NCBI GenBank assembly: GCA_963782055.1 | Contig: CAWAIF010000003.1 | Location: forward strand, 1,120,001-1,184,000 | DNA from: an uncultured delta proteobacterium | GTDB lineage: Bacteria; Myxococcota_A; Polyangia; Polyangiales; Polyangiaceae | Reading direction: 5' to 3' | Length of the DNA stretch: 64,000 bases | In this document: in pieces, positions 19,650 through 29,775 of the stretch | How positions within the stretch are numbered: position 1 is the stretch's first letter | Layout: every line of letters starts with the position of its first letter | Notes under the pieces: generated by a model | The model's database searches: none | The model's input: only the letters and a program-made list of their open reading frames with translations | Told to the model about the DNA's origin: nothing | Made by a program: the position numbers and the translations under genes

Positions 19650-20933
19650 TCACGGCGCCACGACGCCCGTCGCGCCCGCGTGGAGCTGCGGCGGCTTCGC
19701 GGTCTCGAGCAGGAGGTGGCTCATCGTGTAGCCGGTGGCGGTGGCTCCCTCCCCGTAGGTGCACGCGCCGGCGTAGTGGGCGAGCTCGCTCTGCGAGAAC
19801 TGCGGCGCGAGGAGCCTCGCCGCGAGCACCGCGCCGGCGCCGTCGCGGCGGAGCACGCCGGCGGCAGGGTCGGCGAACGGGACGACCACGCACCCGAGCC
19901 GCCCGGTGCTCGCCAGCTCCGGCGTCGCCATGAGGTACTCCGTGGTCCCCAGCGTGAAGAGGTCGGCGGCGTTGACGCGCTGACCGTCCCCTCCGAAGCA
20001 CGCGCCGTCGGCGCCGCGCAGCGGGGTGGCCAGGTAGCTCCAGGTCTTGGCGTGATCGGTCGAGCGAAGCAGCACGATGTCGATCGTCGGCTTGCTGAAC
20101 GGCGGCTGGATGCACCCCAGCGCGAGGTGCAGCGAGCCGTCCGGCGCCACCGTCGCGCCCGGCTCGCCGAACGCGCCGCACGCCGTCGTCCCCGGATCAC
20201 TCGTCGAGAGATACGCCGCGCCGCCCTGCGAGAACGCGGTCCCCGGCCAGCCCACCGCGACCTCCGGGGCGCTCCACGGTCCCGCCGGCTGCGCGGCGGT
20301 GTAGAGCCCGATGTGGCCGTCGGTGTAGAGGATCAGATCGCTGAGCCCGGCGCGCCGGACCACCACGTAGCGATGCGTGAAGAGCTTCCAGCGCCGCGCG
20401 GCCACGTCGGTCGGGTCGTAGACGATGCTGCTCGTCTCGTTGACGATGCTCGCGCTGCACGCGCCGGCGTCGGGGCACGTCTGCGGCGGCGGCGTGGTGG
20501 AGGCGGGCTGGTTCGCCGTCGCCACGTACGTCCAGGTCTTGCCGGCGTCGTTCGACACGGCGACGTGCGTGCCGATCGCCGCCTGGTCCGGCTGCGCGTT
20601 CTGCCCGGCCGGCAGGCTGGAGAAGGAGAGCGCGCCGGCCGGCGCGTTGGGCGGGTAGTAGATGGACGGATCCGCGATCGCGACCGACCCCACGTCGCCG
20701 GCGATGGTGAGCTGCGGCGCCTGGGAGTCGTCGACGGCGGTCGTCTGCTCCGGGGCCGGACACGGACCGGCGTCGCCCGCGGCCTCCGCGACCGCATCGG
20801 CCGCGGCCTCGGTCGCGCCGCCGTCGTCCGACGTCGAGGCGTCCGGCGCGCTCGTGGTGTCGTCGCCGGAGCAGCCGACGGACGCCGCCGTCGCCAGCAC
20901 CCCGACGACGACGATGAGCGTCACGCGGGTCAT
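19650..20933 (-). CDS. Sialidase-like/BNR beta-propeller lipoprotein
   Basis: Lipobox SVGC; Asp-boxes 'SNDAGKTW', 'STDHAKTW'. Confidence 0.75.
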   Translation of the reverse strand: MTRVTLIVVVGVLATAASVGCSGDDTTSAPDASTSDDGGATEAAADAVAEAAGDAGPCPAPEQTTAVDDSQAPQLTIAGDVGSVAIADPSIYYPPNAPAGALSFSSLPAGQNAQPDQAAIGTHVAVSNDAGKTWTYVATANQPASTTPPPQTCPDAGACSASIVNETSSIVYDPTDVAARRWKLFTHRYVVVRRAGLSDLILYTDGHIGLYTAAQPAGPWSAPEVAVGWPGTAFSQGGAAYLSTSDPGTTACGAFGEPGATVAPDGSLHLALGCIQPPFSKPTIDIVLLRSTDHAKTWSYLATPLRGADGACFGGDGQRVNAADLFTLGTTEYLMATPELASTGRLGCVVVPFADPAAGVLRRDGAGAVLAARLLAPQFSQSELAHYAGACTYGEGATATGYTMSHLLLETAKPPQLHAGATGVVAP

Positions 20934-21004
20934 GAGGGCGAGTGTACAGGACGGCCACGACCGCGCGAGCGTCCTCGAAGCGCGCGGGCGTGACCGCGTC
21001 CTGG

Positions 21005-23071
21005 CTACTTGACGATGACGCTGCAGTACCCGTCGAGGCACTGGGCGTTGCCGTCGCAGCAATCCGCCGCCGTCTGGCACGCGTTGCCGACGCTGGCGCA
21101 GCCGTTGCCCTTGCCGCACACGTAGGAGCCGCCCTGCTTGACGCAGCTCTCGTGACCGCAGCAGTCGAACCCCGCGCTGCACGACTCGCCGTCCTGCTTG
21201 CACGGCGGCAGCGCGAACTGCGCCTGCTCGTTCTGCGACGTGCCGTCCTGTCCGCGGAGGTAGAACGCCGGGTGGGAGGGATCGGCGGCGCCCGGGGGAT
21301 CGTCGATGGCGGCGACCCAGAGCTGCGCGCGCTCCTTGCCGACGAGGGTGTTGCCGTAGTCTCGCCGGGACAGGAACACGATCCACGAGTAGCCGCCCGC
21401 GCGGAGCGGCGCGAAGCGGGCGTCGGCGGACTGATCGGCGACCGAGCCGCTCGCGTTGAGGAGGTGCTTCACGTTCGCGCCGGTCACGTCGGTGAGGTAG
21501 AGGTCGCCGCCGGTCGACGCGTAGGATCCGCTGGTGAAGTAGTCGTCCGGCTTGAGGCGCGTGTAGACGAGCCACTTGGAGTCGGGCGAGAAGTCCGGCT
21601 GCCCGTTGCGCGATCCGGCGCCGGGGACGATGGCGTGGGGGTTGGTGAACGTCGTCCCGTTGGCGCCGGCGACCCAGATGTCGGCCGACGAGCACTCGAA
21701 GGCCCAGCCGTTGGCGCAGTTGTTCCCGCTGAGCTGGCAGCTCGCCGCGATGGTCTTGCCGTCGGGCGACCACGCGGGCTCGCCGCAGCCGGCGGGCATG
21801 GCGAACGTCTTGAGGATCGCGCCGGTGTTGGCGTCCATGATGTCCAGCCCGCCCGTCGTGCCGGTGAAGTGGCCGTGGGAGGTGTTGCCCTCTGCGGAGA
21901 AGAGGATGTAGTTGCCCGTGTTGTCGAAGACGCCGTTGACGCCTCCGGTGTCCGGGTTCTGGGGCACCACGCTGCCCAGCTTGGGCGTCCCGGCGAGATC
22001 GACCGTGCCGAGCGTGAGCGCGCTGGTGCCCTGGAAGCTGGCGACCATCTTGGTCCCGTCACGGCTCACGCTGTGGCAGCCCCAGCAACCGGGGTCGTTG
22101 CCGCCCCCGCCGGGGGCCCAGGAGTTGGGGATGCTGATGAAGCTCGATGGCGCGGTGTCGCCCGGCTTGAGCCGGACGATGGACCCGTTGCCGCAGCAGT
22201 GCGAGTTGCCGGCGGACGCGCCGCCCGGTATCTGCCAGTAGTAGACGACGCCGTGCAGGTTCGACTGGGCGACGTGCCACGTCTGCGTCATCGGGTCGTA
22301 GGCGGTGGAGCCGGTGGCGCGCGTGAGGGCGGCGCTCACCGGATCGGTCTGCGGGCCGTCACCGGAGGACGCGATCGCCGCCCAGTCGTCGTCGGCGACG
22401 AGGTGGCTGAACGGCGCGGGCGCGTTCGCGAAGTACTCGACGTAGTCGTAGTACTTCTCCTTGATCTCCAGCTTGTACGTGTCGCTCGCGGTGGCGCCGT
22501 TCCACTGGATCTGCGGGCCGAGCACGCCCAGCGGGAAGACGGTACCGTCGTTCGGGTAGACGACGCTCGCCGAGGGGTCGCCGCCGCCGCCCGGCTTGTC
22601 CAGGAGCGCCTGCTGCTGCGACGTGAGGCCGCCGGTGAGCGTCTCGTGCACGATCACGCTGGCGGTCGCCGTGCCCTGCGCCTTGTCCAGCGTCGCGGTG
22701 AGGTGGTCGACACCGCCGACCTTGCTGGTGGGCACGAAGGTGGAGGTGTTCCCGTCCACGTCGCCCACGTCCGGCCGGTCCGCGGACCACGTGACCTTCG
22801 CCGTCACGTCCTGCCCGTCCAGGGTGACCTTGAACGCCGGAGGGGAGGGCGGCGCCTGCCCGGTGCCCACGTCGTACGGACCGATGGACGGTGGGGTGAT
22901 CACCAGGGTCCCGGTGACGCCGCTCTCACCGAAGCCGACGTCGGGCGCGAAGGGGGCGTCGGCGCCGCCGTCGGCGCCACCGGCCTGGATGAACCCGCCG
23001 GAGTCCTGGACGGCGCAGGCGCCGGCGACGGCGAGCACGAGGACGAGCGGGAGCGCGAGCAACGATCGCAT
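21005..23071 (-). CDS. Large TolB-like (PD40) beta-propeller lipoprotein with Cys-rich C-terminal tail
   Basis: Lipobox AGAC; 'CWGCHSVSRDG', 'PAWSPDGK', 'PDFSPDSKW', 'DPSHPAFYL'; terminal CC repeats. Confidence 0.8.
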   Translation of the reverse strand: MRSLLALPLVLVLAVAGACAVQDSGGFIQAGGADGGADAPFAPDVGFGESGVTGTLVITPPSIGPYDVGTGQAPPSPPAFKVTLDGQDVTAKVTWSADRPDVGDVDGNTSTFVPTSKVGGVDHLTATLDKAQGTATASVIVHETLTGGLTSQQQALLDKPGGGGDPSASVVYPNDGTVFPLGVLGPQIQWNGATASDTYKLEIKEKYYDYVEYFANAPAPFSHLVADDDWAAIASSGDGPQTDPVSAALTRATGSTAYDPMTQTWHVAQSNLHGVVYYWQIPGGASAGNSHCCGNGSIVRLKPGDTAPSSFISIPNSWAPGGGGNDPGCWGCHSVSRDGTKMVASFQGTSALTLGTVDLAGTPKLGSVVPQNPDTGGVNGVFDNTGNYILFSAEGNTSHGHFTGTTGGLDIMDANTGAILKTFAMPAGCGEPAWSPDGKTIAASCQLSGNNCANGWAFECSSADIWVAGANGTTFTNPHAIVPGAGSRNGQPDFSPDSKWLVYTRLKPDDYFTSGSYASTGGDLYLTDVTGANVKHLLNASGSVADQSADARFAPLRAGGYSWIVFLSRRDYGNTLVGKERAQLWVAAIDDPPGAADPSHPAFYLRGQDGTSQNEQAQFALPPCKQDGESCSAGFDCCGHESCVKQGGSYVCGKGNGCASVGNACQTAADCCDGNAQCLDGYCSVIVK

Positions 23072-23115
23072 GGTGGACCTCCGCGCAGATAGAGGACGCG
23101 TCTCGTCGGATCGGG

Positions 23116-23916
23116 TCATGGCGATGTGGCGGAATCCTCACCGAGCTCGCGCAGCCGGCTCTCCGCGCTCGGGCGCATGACCGCGTCGGGGTGCGCGGCG
23201 ACGAAGGCGCGCAGGGCCGCGCGCTCGGCACGGGTGTCCCCGAGGGCGCGCTCCGACGAGGCGACGCCCCAGCTCGCCTCCTCGCTGAGCGAGCCGCCGG
23301 GGCGCTGCGCCAGCGCGGACCGATAGAGCTCCAGCGCGCCCGCCGCGTCGTGCAGGTGTTCCAGGCGGATGGAAGCCGCCGCGACGGTCGCCGCGTAGGC
23401 CTCCGCACCGCCGGGTGCGCGTCTCGTCACTCGCCGGTACGTCTTCTCGGCGTCGGTCCACTTGTGCTCGGTGCGCTGCTGGTTGGCGAGACGCAGCAGG
23501 TCCGCCGGTGGCTCCCGCGGCACGACGGCGACCGAGGACGCCGCGCTCGGCTCCGCCACGGCAGCGGACGTCACGACCTCCGGGGGCGGCGCAGGCACCG
23601 CCGACACCACGGGCGTGGGCGGACTCCAGGTGACCGGGCTCGACGGGACCGGCGCGGGACGACGGCGTCCGGCGAGCAACGTGGCTGCGAGCGCGGTGCC
23701 GAGCACGAGCAGGAACGCGGCGGCGATCGCCAGCATGGCCCAGCGCCGCGCCCCCGATCGCCTCGCGGGGGGGGCGAGCCGCGCCGGCTCCGCGCGCTCG
23801 TGAGCCTCCATCGCGGCCTGCACCATCGCCGCCGCCCGCTCCGCGGAGACGGGCGACGCGGGCCCGGGCCCGGCATCCAGCGGGAAGCGGAGATCGTCCT
23901 CCGGCGCGTCGCTCAT
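23116..23916 (-). CDS. Single-TM protein with periplasmic TPR (probable anti-sigma partner)
   Basis: 4-bp overlap with the ECF gene; one TM segment, Pro-rich linker, TPR-like helices 'ALELYRSAL...LSEEA'. Confidence 0.7.
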   Translation of the reverse strand: MSDAPEDDLRFPLDAGPGPASPVSAERAAAMVQAAMEAHERAEPARLAPPARRSGARRWAMLAIAAAFLLVLGTALAATLLAGRRRPAPVPSSPVTWSPPTPVVSAVPAPPPEVVTSAAVAEPSAASSVAVVPREPPADLLRLANQQRTEHKWTDAEKTYRRVTRRAPGGAEAYAATVAAASIRLEHLHDAAGALELYRSALAQRPGGSLSEEASWGVASSERALGDTRAERAALRAFVAAHPDAVMRPSAESRLRELGEDSATSP

Positions 23917-24455
23917 GCGCGCCCCTCTCCCACGGCTGCCGCCGGCTCGCCGAGGTGCTCGCGCAGCCGGGCGCGCCCGTTGCGGAGACGGCTGCGCACG
24001 GTCTCGAGCGGCACGCCGAGCTCGGTGGCCACCTCCGGAGCGCTCATCTCGAAGACGTGGTGGAGCACGAGGGTCTCGCGCATCTCCTGGGACAGGGTGT
24101 CGAGACACGCCACGAGGCGACGCCTGGCGAGGTAGTCGTCTGCGCGCTCCGGAGCGGCGACCTCCACGTCCGACGCCGTCCGCGACGTCTCCGCGCGTCG
24201 CCTCCGCGACGCCTCCATCGCCACCCGGGCGACCACGCGGTCGCACCACGCGGTGATGGAGCCGTCGCCGCGGTAGGTGGGAAGCCCGCGGAGCACGGCC
24301 ATCAGCCCGTCTTGCACGATGTCGTCGATGTCGTCTCCGCGCACGAAGTACCTCACCAGGTTGCGCATGCGCGGCAGGAGATCCGTGAGGAGCGAGGCGG
24401 TCGCCTCGCGATCCCCCCTCACGGCGCCGCTGACGCGGGAGTCCTCGCTGCTCAT
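23913..24455 (-). CDS. ECF-type RNA polymerase sigma-70 factor
   Basis: Region 2 'DDIVQDGLMAVLRGLPTYRG'; region 4 'EVATELGVPLETVRSRLRNGRARL'. Confidence 0.9.
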   Translation of the reverse strand: MSSEDSRVSGAVRGDREATASLLTDLLPRMRNLVRYFVRGDDIDDIVQDGLMAVLRGLPTYRGDGSITAWCDRVVARVAMEASRRRRAETSRTASDVEVAAPERADDYLARRRLVACLDTLSQEMRETLVLHHVFEMSAPEVATELGVPLETVRSRLRNGRARLREHLGEPAAAVGEGRA

Positions 24456-24515
24456 CCGTTCATGATCATGCTACGCGCTCCAGAAGGGATAGAGGGGCCT
24501 CGCGCGAGGAACGGG

Positions 24516-25601
24516 TCAAAAGGATCGCGAAGAAAACTCCAACCCCAGGAAGGCGCGGGGCTGGAGCGTGGCGGGCGTCAGGTAGGAGACGAAGCCGCCG
24601 GCGCCGGAGAAGCCGAAGGCCGGCGCGCCGAGCACGGTGTCGACGCCGGCAGCGCCGACGAGCGCCCATCGGTCCGCCGTGGGGCGCCACCTGAGTCTGA
24701 GCTCGAGGCCCAGCAGGGGCGCGCCCTCGAGCCCGGTCGTCGAGGCCACGAGCTCCGGCGCCGGCGCGCGCGTCTGCCGTACGTAAAGGAGGGCTCCGGC
24801 GCGCGCGCCCGCCGCGAGGTCCCAGCGCGCTCTCCGCACGAGGGCGACGCTCGCCCCGAGCGTCACCGCGTGCCGGGCGATGTGCAGCGTCCCGTAGGGA
24901 GTCGGCGTGTCGGTCGGCACGCCGAACGCGGCTTCGACTCGCGCCTCGAAGGCGCGCACGCGCAGCCCGAGCCAGGTGGCCGCCGCCGCGTCGCCGTCGG
25001 CGCCGTCGGTGCCCGCCTGTAGGCCCAGCCCGCCGACGGCGGCGATGACGACGCGCGGCGGCCGCTGTCGCCGGGGGCGCGGGACAGGCGGCTTCGGCTC
25101 GGCCGTACGGGGCGCGAGCGTCCTCCGCTCGACGCCGATGGTGCCGCCGGCGGCCAGCGCCCGCAGCGCACTGCGGACGATGAGCGCTGCTTCCTCCAGC
25201 GTGGCGGACGTGGGGGGTCCACCCGCCTGATCGCGGCCGACACGACGAAGCAGCACGCGGCCCCCCTTCGGCTCGGCGACGCAGACGAGCAGACCGGGCG
25301 AGCCCGGGATGGCGGTGAACCACACGACGACACGGGCCTCGTGCTCCGCCGCCAGCGCGTCCGCCTCGGCGAGCTGCCCGGCCAACGTCGGCTCGACGGC
25401 CGGTGTCGCCTGCGTGTCCAGCGTCACGTCCAGGTCCGCCGCCTGGCCCCGGACCCGCGCCAGCAGCGCGTCGTCGCCCTCGCCCGTGACGCGCAGGACG
25501 GCGCGCATCGGCTCGTCGGCGGCGGCTCCGCTCGCAACGAGGAGCGCGACCCCCAGCGTCGCGCAGGCCAGCCGCCGGACTGCGGGCCGAGGAGGCACCA
25601 T
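24516..25601 (-). CDS. Exported hypothetical protein with C-terminal beta-barrel-like region
   Basis: Signal peptide; C-terminal amphipathic strands ending 'FLGLEF'; first gene of the ECF cluster. Confidence 0.65.
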   Translation of the reverse strand: MVPPRPAVRRLACATLGVALLVASGAAADEPMRAVLRVTGEGDDALLARVRGQAADLDVTLDTQATPAVEPTLAGQLAEADALAAEHEARVVVWFTAIPGSPGLLVCVAEPKGGRVLLRRVGRDQAGGPPTSATLEEAALIVRSALRALAAGGTIGVERRTLAPRTAEPKPPVPRPRRQRPPRVVIAAVGGLGLQAGTDGADGDAAAATWLGLRVRAFEARVEAAFGVPTDTPTPYGTLHIARHAVTLGASVALVRRARWDLAAGARAGALLYVRQTRAPAPELVASTTGLEGAPLLGLELRLRWRPTADRWALVGAAGVDTVLGAPAFGFSGAGGFVSYLTPATLQPRAFLGLEFSSRSF

Positions 25602-25696
25602 GGCGACTCACCGTACCACCGACGCGAGCGGCGCCGGGCGAGTCGACGCGGGCAAACGCTGGGGCGGTCGTACGGGAAAGGGAGCATAATCCCCTC

Positions 25697-26554
25697 ATGC
25701 GAAGACGCTCCGTCCGCCCGCACTGGAGGGGTGGAGCAAGTCTGGGCCTCGGCGCAATCCTGGCCGCCCTGGGTTGCTCGCTCTACCCGAACGTCGACGA
25801 CCTGACCGGTGGCGGCGCGGACGGGGGAGCCGCGGCGGACGCGGTCTCGGAAGCTTCGGACGCGGGGGACGCGGGCGATTGGTGCGCCGCCAACGCCCCG
25901 CAGGGCGCCTTCTGCGAGGACTTCGACCAGCACCCGCTCGACTTCGCCTGGGCCGTGCAGAACTTCAATCTCAACGGCCCGGGCACCGCCTCGGTCACCC
26001 TCGACCCGCTGGCGCACTCGCCACCGAGCTCCCTGGCCGTGAAGCTCGCGGCGAACCAGGAAGAGTGCAGCTACGGCATGCTCGAGCGCGTCTTCGCTCA
26101 TTCGGGCACCCACGCGCAGGTCGCGCTGGACGTCCGGTTCGGCGATGCGAGCGGTGACGCTGGCCTCTCGCTCGGACGCAACATCTTCCTCGGCTACTTC
26201 CACGAGGTCGGAACCACGCGCTGTGGGTTCTTGCTCAACCAGAGCAGCGGGTCCGTCGGCGTGCAAGAGCAAGACTACCTCCCCGACGGCGGCACGTTCG
26301 ACAGCGAGCACCCGGCCAACGGCGCGCTCCCGCTCGGGCGCTGGGGCCGTTTCGTCCTCGACGCCGACTACAGCGTCTCGCCGCCGCACTTCAGCGTGAC
26401 GCTGGACGGCGCGGCCCTGCTCACCGACGAGGTCATGTCCGGCGACTGCGCCGGGACCGGTACCGAGCGTGTCGAGATCGGCCTGTACTGCCAGGACAAG
26501 GTGGACGCCCCGACAGAGCTGCGCATCGACAACGTCGTCGTCGAGACGAACTAG
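25697..26554 (+). CDS. Hypothetical lipoprotein (beta-sandwich, myxobacterial)
   Basis: Lipobox ALGC; DAG-rich linker; 'FCEDFD' ... 'IDNVVV'. Confidence 0.7.
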   Translation: MRRRSVRPHWRGGASLGLGAILAALGCSLYPNVDDLTGGGADGGAAADAVSEASDAGDAGDWCAANAPQGAFCEDFDQHPLDFAWAVQNFNLNGPGTASVTLDPLAHSPPSSLAVKLAANQEECSYGMLERVFAHSGTHAQVALDVRFGDASGDAGLSLGRNIFLGYFHEVGTTRCGFLLNQSSGSVGVQEQDYLPDGGTFDSEHPANGALPLGRWGRFVLDADYSVSPPHFSVTLDGAALLTDEVMSGDCAGTGTERVEIGLYCQDKVDAPTELRIDNVVVETN

Positions 26555-26586
26555 GACCGCGAAACACGGCGCCGCGCCGGGGAGCG

Positions 26587-27003
26587 CTACCGTCCCACGC
26601 ACGCGCCCGACGGGTCGAAGTGGCACGTCGGGTCCGCGGGGCGCGGGGCGCAGATCGAGTCACATACGATCTGGACATCGAACGCGTCGGTGCAGGAGCC
26701 GCTGACGCACCACGAGGTGACCGACGCCTTCAGCGGTGCGTTCTTCCAGACCGGGTGGTGCACGGTCCAGTGATCGCCGTCGCGCTCTCCGACGCCGCAG
26801 CTGTACGTGCAGCCGCACGCCTTCGAGACGACCGGGAGGCAGCGGCGCTCGACGGACGCGTCGGGTCGTGCGGCGCTCGCCGTGCCGGCGCCAGCGTCGG
26901 CCACCTCGGCGGCCCTCGGCGTCGTGTGAGTGCACGCGGCCGCGACGGCGGGGACCACCACGAGGCACAGCCGAGGAAGCATCACGCGTGGCGCGCGTCG
27001 CAT
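26587..27003 (-). CDS. Small Cys-rich lipoprotein
   Basis: Lipobox AAAC followed by about ten Cys residues; start uncertain. Confidence 0.6.
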   Translation of the reverse strand: MRRAPRVMLPRLCLVVVPAVAAACTHTTPRAAEVADAGAGTASAARPDASVERRCLPVVSKACGCTYSCGVGERDGDHWTVHHPVWKNAPLKASVTSWCVSGSCTDAFDVQIVCDSICAPRPADPTCHFDPSGACVGR

Positions 27004-27233
27004 CGTCACCTCACCGACGCCCTCACGGTCGTCGTGGGGCGTCCGGCGCTGTGGCGCAGGGTCACCGTCACGTCGAACCGCCGGCTCGGAGCGCCCATCA
27101 TCTGCAGCGGGATCGTGCAAGACGTCTCCTCCTCGCCCGACGGGCGATCACTCGCGTCCTTCCCGGCCACCGAGACCGTGTTGAGCGCGTACGGATGCTA
27201 GCGCGGTCGGACGAGGGCCGACACCTCGAGCCG

Positions 27234-28127
27234 TCACTTCAGCACCTCCGACTCCCAGTGCGAGCCGCCGTCGCCGTCGAACACCTCCCAGTGGAGGGTC
27301 TTCGTCATGGGGTCAACGTCCAGCCACTCCACCAGGTTCGACTGCGTGTGCGCGTCGCCGTCGTCCACACGAAAGCGGAAGTCGCACTCGTTCCCTAGCG
27401 GATCGTCGTCGTCCGCGCGCACGGCGCAACGCTTCGCGCAGCCGAAGCCGAAGGCGAGGCCGTGGCTCCCGACGATGACGCCGGGCGTCGTCTTCCTCAG
27501 CTTCTGGAGGTGTCGCGACGCCATGGCGGCCTGCTCGGCGCCCGCTGCGCTGATGCGGAAAGGCGGGACGACGCGCTCGCTCGGCGCCATCTCGCCGCCG
27601 GTACCCGCGATGCACCACTGCTCGTCGCGCGTCACGTCGTCGCTCTCCTCGATGATGCGGCCGCTCGCGTCGAATCGCATCAGCATCGGGTACGTCCTCT
27701 TCGCGCCCCTGTCCTTCGTCACCTTGTCGAAGCGCGCCCACGTCTCCTTCCCGTCGGCGGTCTTCTCGAAGACGGGCTTCTCGACGGCCTGCGTGTAGCC
27801 GGGAGAGGTCGCGAACGCGGCGCGCTTCTTCGCCGCGGCGTCGGCGGCGGTGGTGGCCGTACCGTAGAAGAGGACCTGCGGCGCGTAGAGCCTCTCCAGC
27901 GCGTCGGCGTCGTGCCTGGCGTGCGCGTCATTCCACGCGTCCAGGACCTGGTGCGGGTCGGTGGGGACAGCCGGCGCGTGCGAGCTGGCGGCGACGGCAG
28001 GGCTGCCGCTCGCCGACGACGCCGTCGCGGACGGCGCCGTCGCGGACGGCGCGGGCGGCGCGCGCTTGCACGCGGCGCAGACGGCCATGGCGATCGCGAG
28101 GCCGACGATCGAGCGCGAGGGCTGCAC
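27234..28127 (-). CDS. Lipoprotein with NTF2/SnoaL-like domain
   Basis: 'VCAAC' lipobox; 'LDAWNDAHARHDADALERLYAPQVLFYG'; GTG start inferred. Confidence 0.65.
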   Translation of the reverse strand: MQPSRSIVGLAIAMAVCAACKRAPPAPSATAPSATASSASGSPAVAASSHAPAVPTDPHQVLDAWNDAHARHDADALERLYAPQVLFYGTATTAADAAAKKRAAFATSPGYTQAVEKPVFEKTADGKETWARFDKVTKDRGAKRTYPMLMRFDASGRIIEESDDVTRDEQWCIAGTGGEMAPSERVVPPFRISAAGAEQAAMASRHLQKLRKTTPGVIVGSHGLAFGFGCAKRCAVRADDDDPLGNECDFRFRVDDGDAHTQSNLVEWLDVDPMTKTLHWEVFDGDGGSHWESEVLK

Positions 28128-28299
28128 GAAGCGAGGATGCTCCGACCCAGGCCGCTTGCCCAGGGGCGTCTCGTCGACCGTGCCGCCGCTCGTGGGCGTC
28201 AGGACGCGAGCCACTGGACGGAGTCGGGGCTCAGCGTCTTGCGCTCGCTGCCGAAGGCCACCTTGACCTTCAGCGAGGGGCCGGAGCCCGACATCGACG

Positions 28300-28660
28300 T
28301 CACGACTCCCTCTCCGAACTTCGAGTGCTTGACGCGCGCCCCGACCCTCGCTCCGGCGGCCCGTCGCTCTTCGGAGTCGCGGCCTTCGCCGGGCCAAGTC
28401 CGAGGGCGGTGAGGCGCTGGACAATGGCCGTTCGGTCATCGCCGGCGCGGGCGTTCTTGGCGTAGTCGTACGCGGCCCAGCCCTCGGCATGCCGGACCGC
28501 CGGATCCGCGCCAGCCGCGAGGAGCGCCTCCACCAGAGAGCGCGGTCTTCCCCGATTCGCCTGTGGCATCGAGGGATGACGATGCCTCCACCAGGCGAGC
28601 AACCTCCGCATCATCACCGTCGTTGACAGCGTCCAGGACCGTGCGAACCATGTCGGCCAT
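28300..28660 (-). pseudogene. Frameshifted ankyrin-repeat gene
   Basis: 'LDAVNDGDDAEVARLVEA...GESGKTAL' in one frame continues as 'LVEALLAAGADPAVRHAEGWAAYDYA' in another; shift near 28535-28545. Confidence 0.7.
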
Positions 28661-28734
28661 CGTAGTGGATGTGCCGCCGCGAAGGGTCACCGTCGGCTTC
28701 GGCGTCGGTAGGTTGGTTGGTGGCGAGCGACGAG

Positions 28735-29670
28735 ATGATCCGCGACACACAGGGCAAGCAGCGGGGTCGGGGGATGCTCGAGGAGACCTCTTGGCGGCGC
28801 GCGCGGCTCGCCGCGTGGCTCGCCGCGTGGCTCGCCTGCGTATCGTGCGCGGGAGCGGGCTCGTTCGCGGTGACGCCGGTGACGCCGGCGACGACCGACG
28901 ACCTGCTCTCGGTCTGGTGCATGCCCGGGGGCGGCGTCTATGCCCTCGATCGGCACGGCGGCGCCCACCCGCTCGAAGGGCGCGGGCCCCGAGTCGGCTG
29001 GGACGACGGCGGTCCGGTAACGGTCGCGGGCGGCCGACTCTACCAGGTGAGGCAGGGGCAGCTCCGGCGCTCCGACGACGGCGGCGCGCACTGGACGCCG
29101 CTGATGGTGACGGCGCCCGCGGACGTGCCGTACGGGCGCGCCAGCCTCCTGGCGGTCGCCGCGGGCGCGAGCGGCACGCCCCTGTTCGCGCTCGGTCGGT
29201 ACCTCGCGATCGGCAACAGCCTCGAGAGCGCTTACGTCTACCTCGTCCGCTCCGACGACGGCGGCACGTCGTGGTCGCGGGTGTGGACCGGGTCTGACGA
29301 GGGGCCGATGGGCTTGCTCGGCGGGCGTCACGGCCCGGGCGTCACGGCCGCGCTCGCCGTGTTGCCGGGGGGCGCGATCGCGCTCGGTGGCATGGACGGC
29401 TCCGTCCTCGTCTCGAGCGATGGCGGCCGCACGTTCGTCGCGCGGCCCACCCCGGCGAAGGCGGCCATCCTCGGCCTGTGGGCAGCACCGCGCGGCGCGC
29501 TCTACGGCGTCGGAGTCCGCGGCGCGATCGTCGTCTCCACGGACGGTGGCCGGACCTTCAGCGCTGCCAACGCCCGTGTCGCTTCCGATCTGTACGCCGT
29601 CACCGGCTGCGCCGGCCACGTGTGGATCGTCGGCGCCCACGGCGCGGCGCTCCGCCAGCGGCGACCTTGA
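28735..29670 (+). CDS. BNR/Asp-box (YCF48-like) beta-propeller protein
   Basis: Four Asp-boxes: SDDGGAHW, SDDGGTSW, SSDGGRTF, STDGGRTF; start uncertain. Confidence 0.75.
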   Translation: MIRDTQGKQRGRGMLEETSWRRARLAAWLAAWLACVSCAGAGSFAVTPVTPATTDDLLSVWCMPGGGVYALDRHGGAHPLEGRGPRVGWDDGGPVTVAGGRLYQVRQGQLRRSDDGGAHWTPLMVTAPADVPYGRASLLAVAAGASGTPLFALGRYLAIGNSLESAYVYLVRSDDGGTSWSRVWTGSDEGPMGLLGGRHGPGVTAALAVLPGGAIALGGMDGSVLVSSDGGRTFVARPTPAKAAILGLWAAPRGALYGVGVRGAIVVSTDGGRTFSAANARVASDLYAVTGCAGHVWIVGAHGAALRQRRP

Positions 29671-29775
29671 TGTCCTCCGCGTCTCGACGACTCCTGTTTG
29701 GCGCAGCACTCCTCGGCGCGGCGGTTCGTACGTCGCGTGCGGCGAGCACGCGGCGCTGCCCCCGCACGGTCCGCA

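Noticed and set aside
27005..27200. Possible coding remnant between two lipoprotein genes
   Set aside because: Short open stretch without a convincing start or recognisable motif
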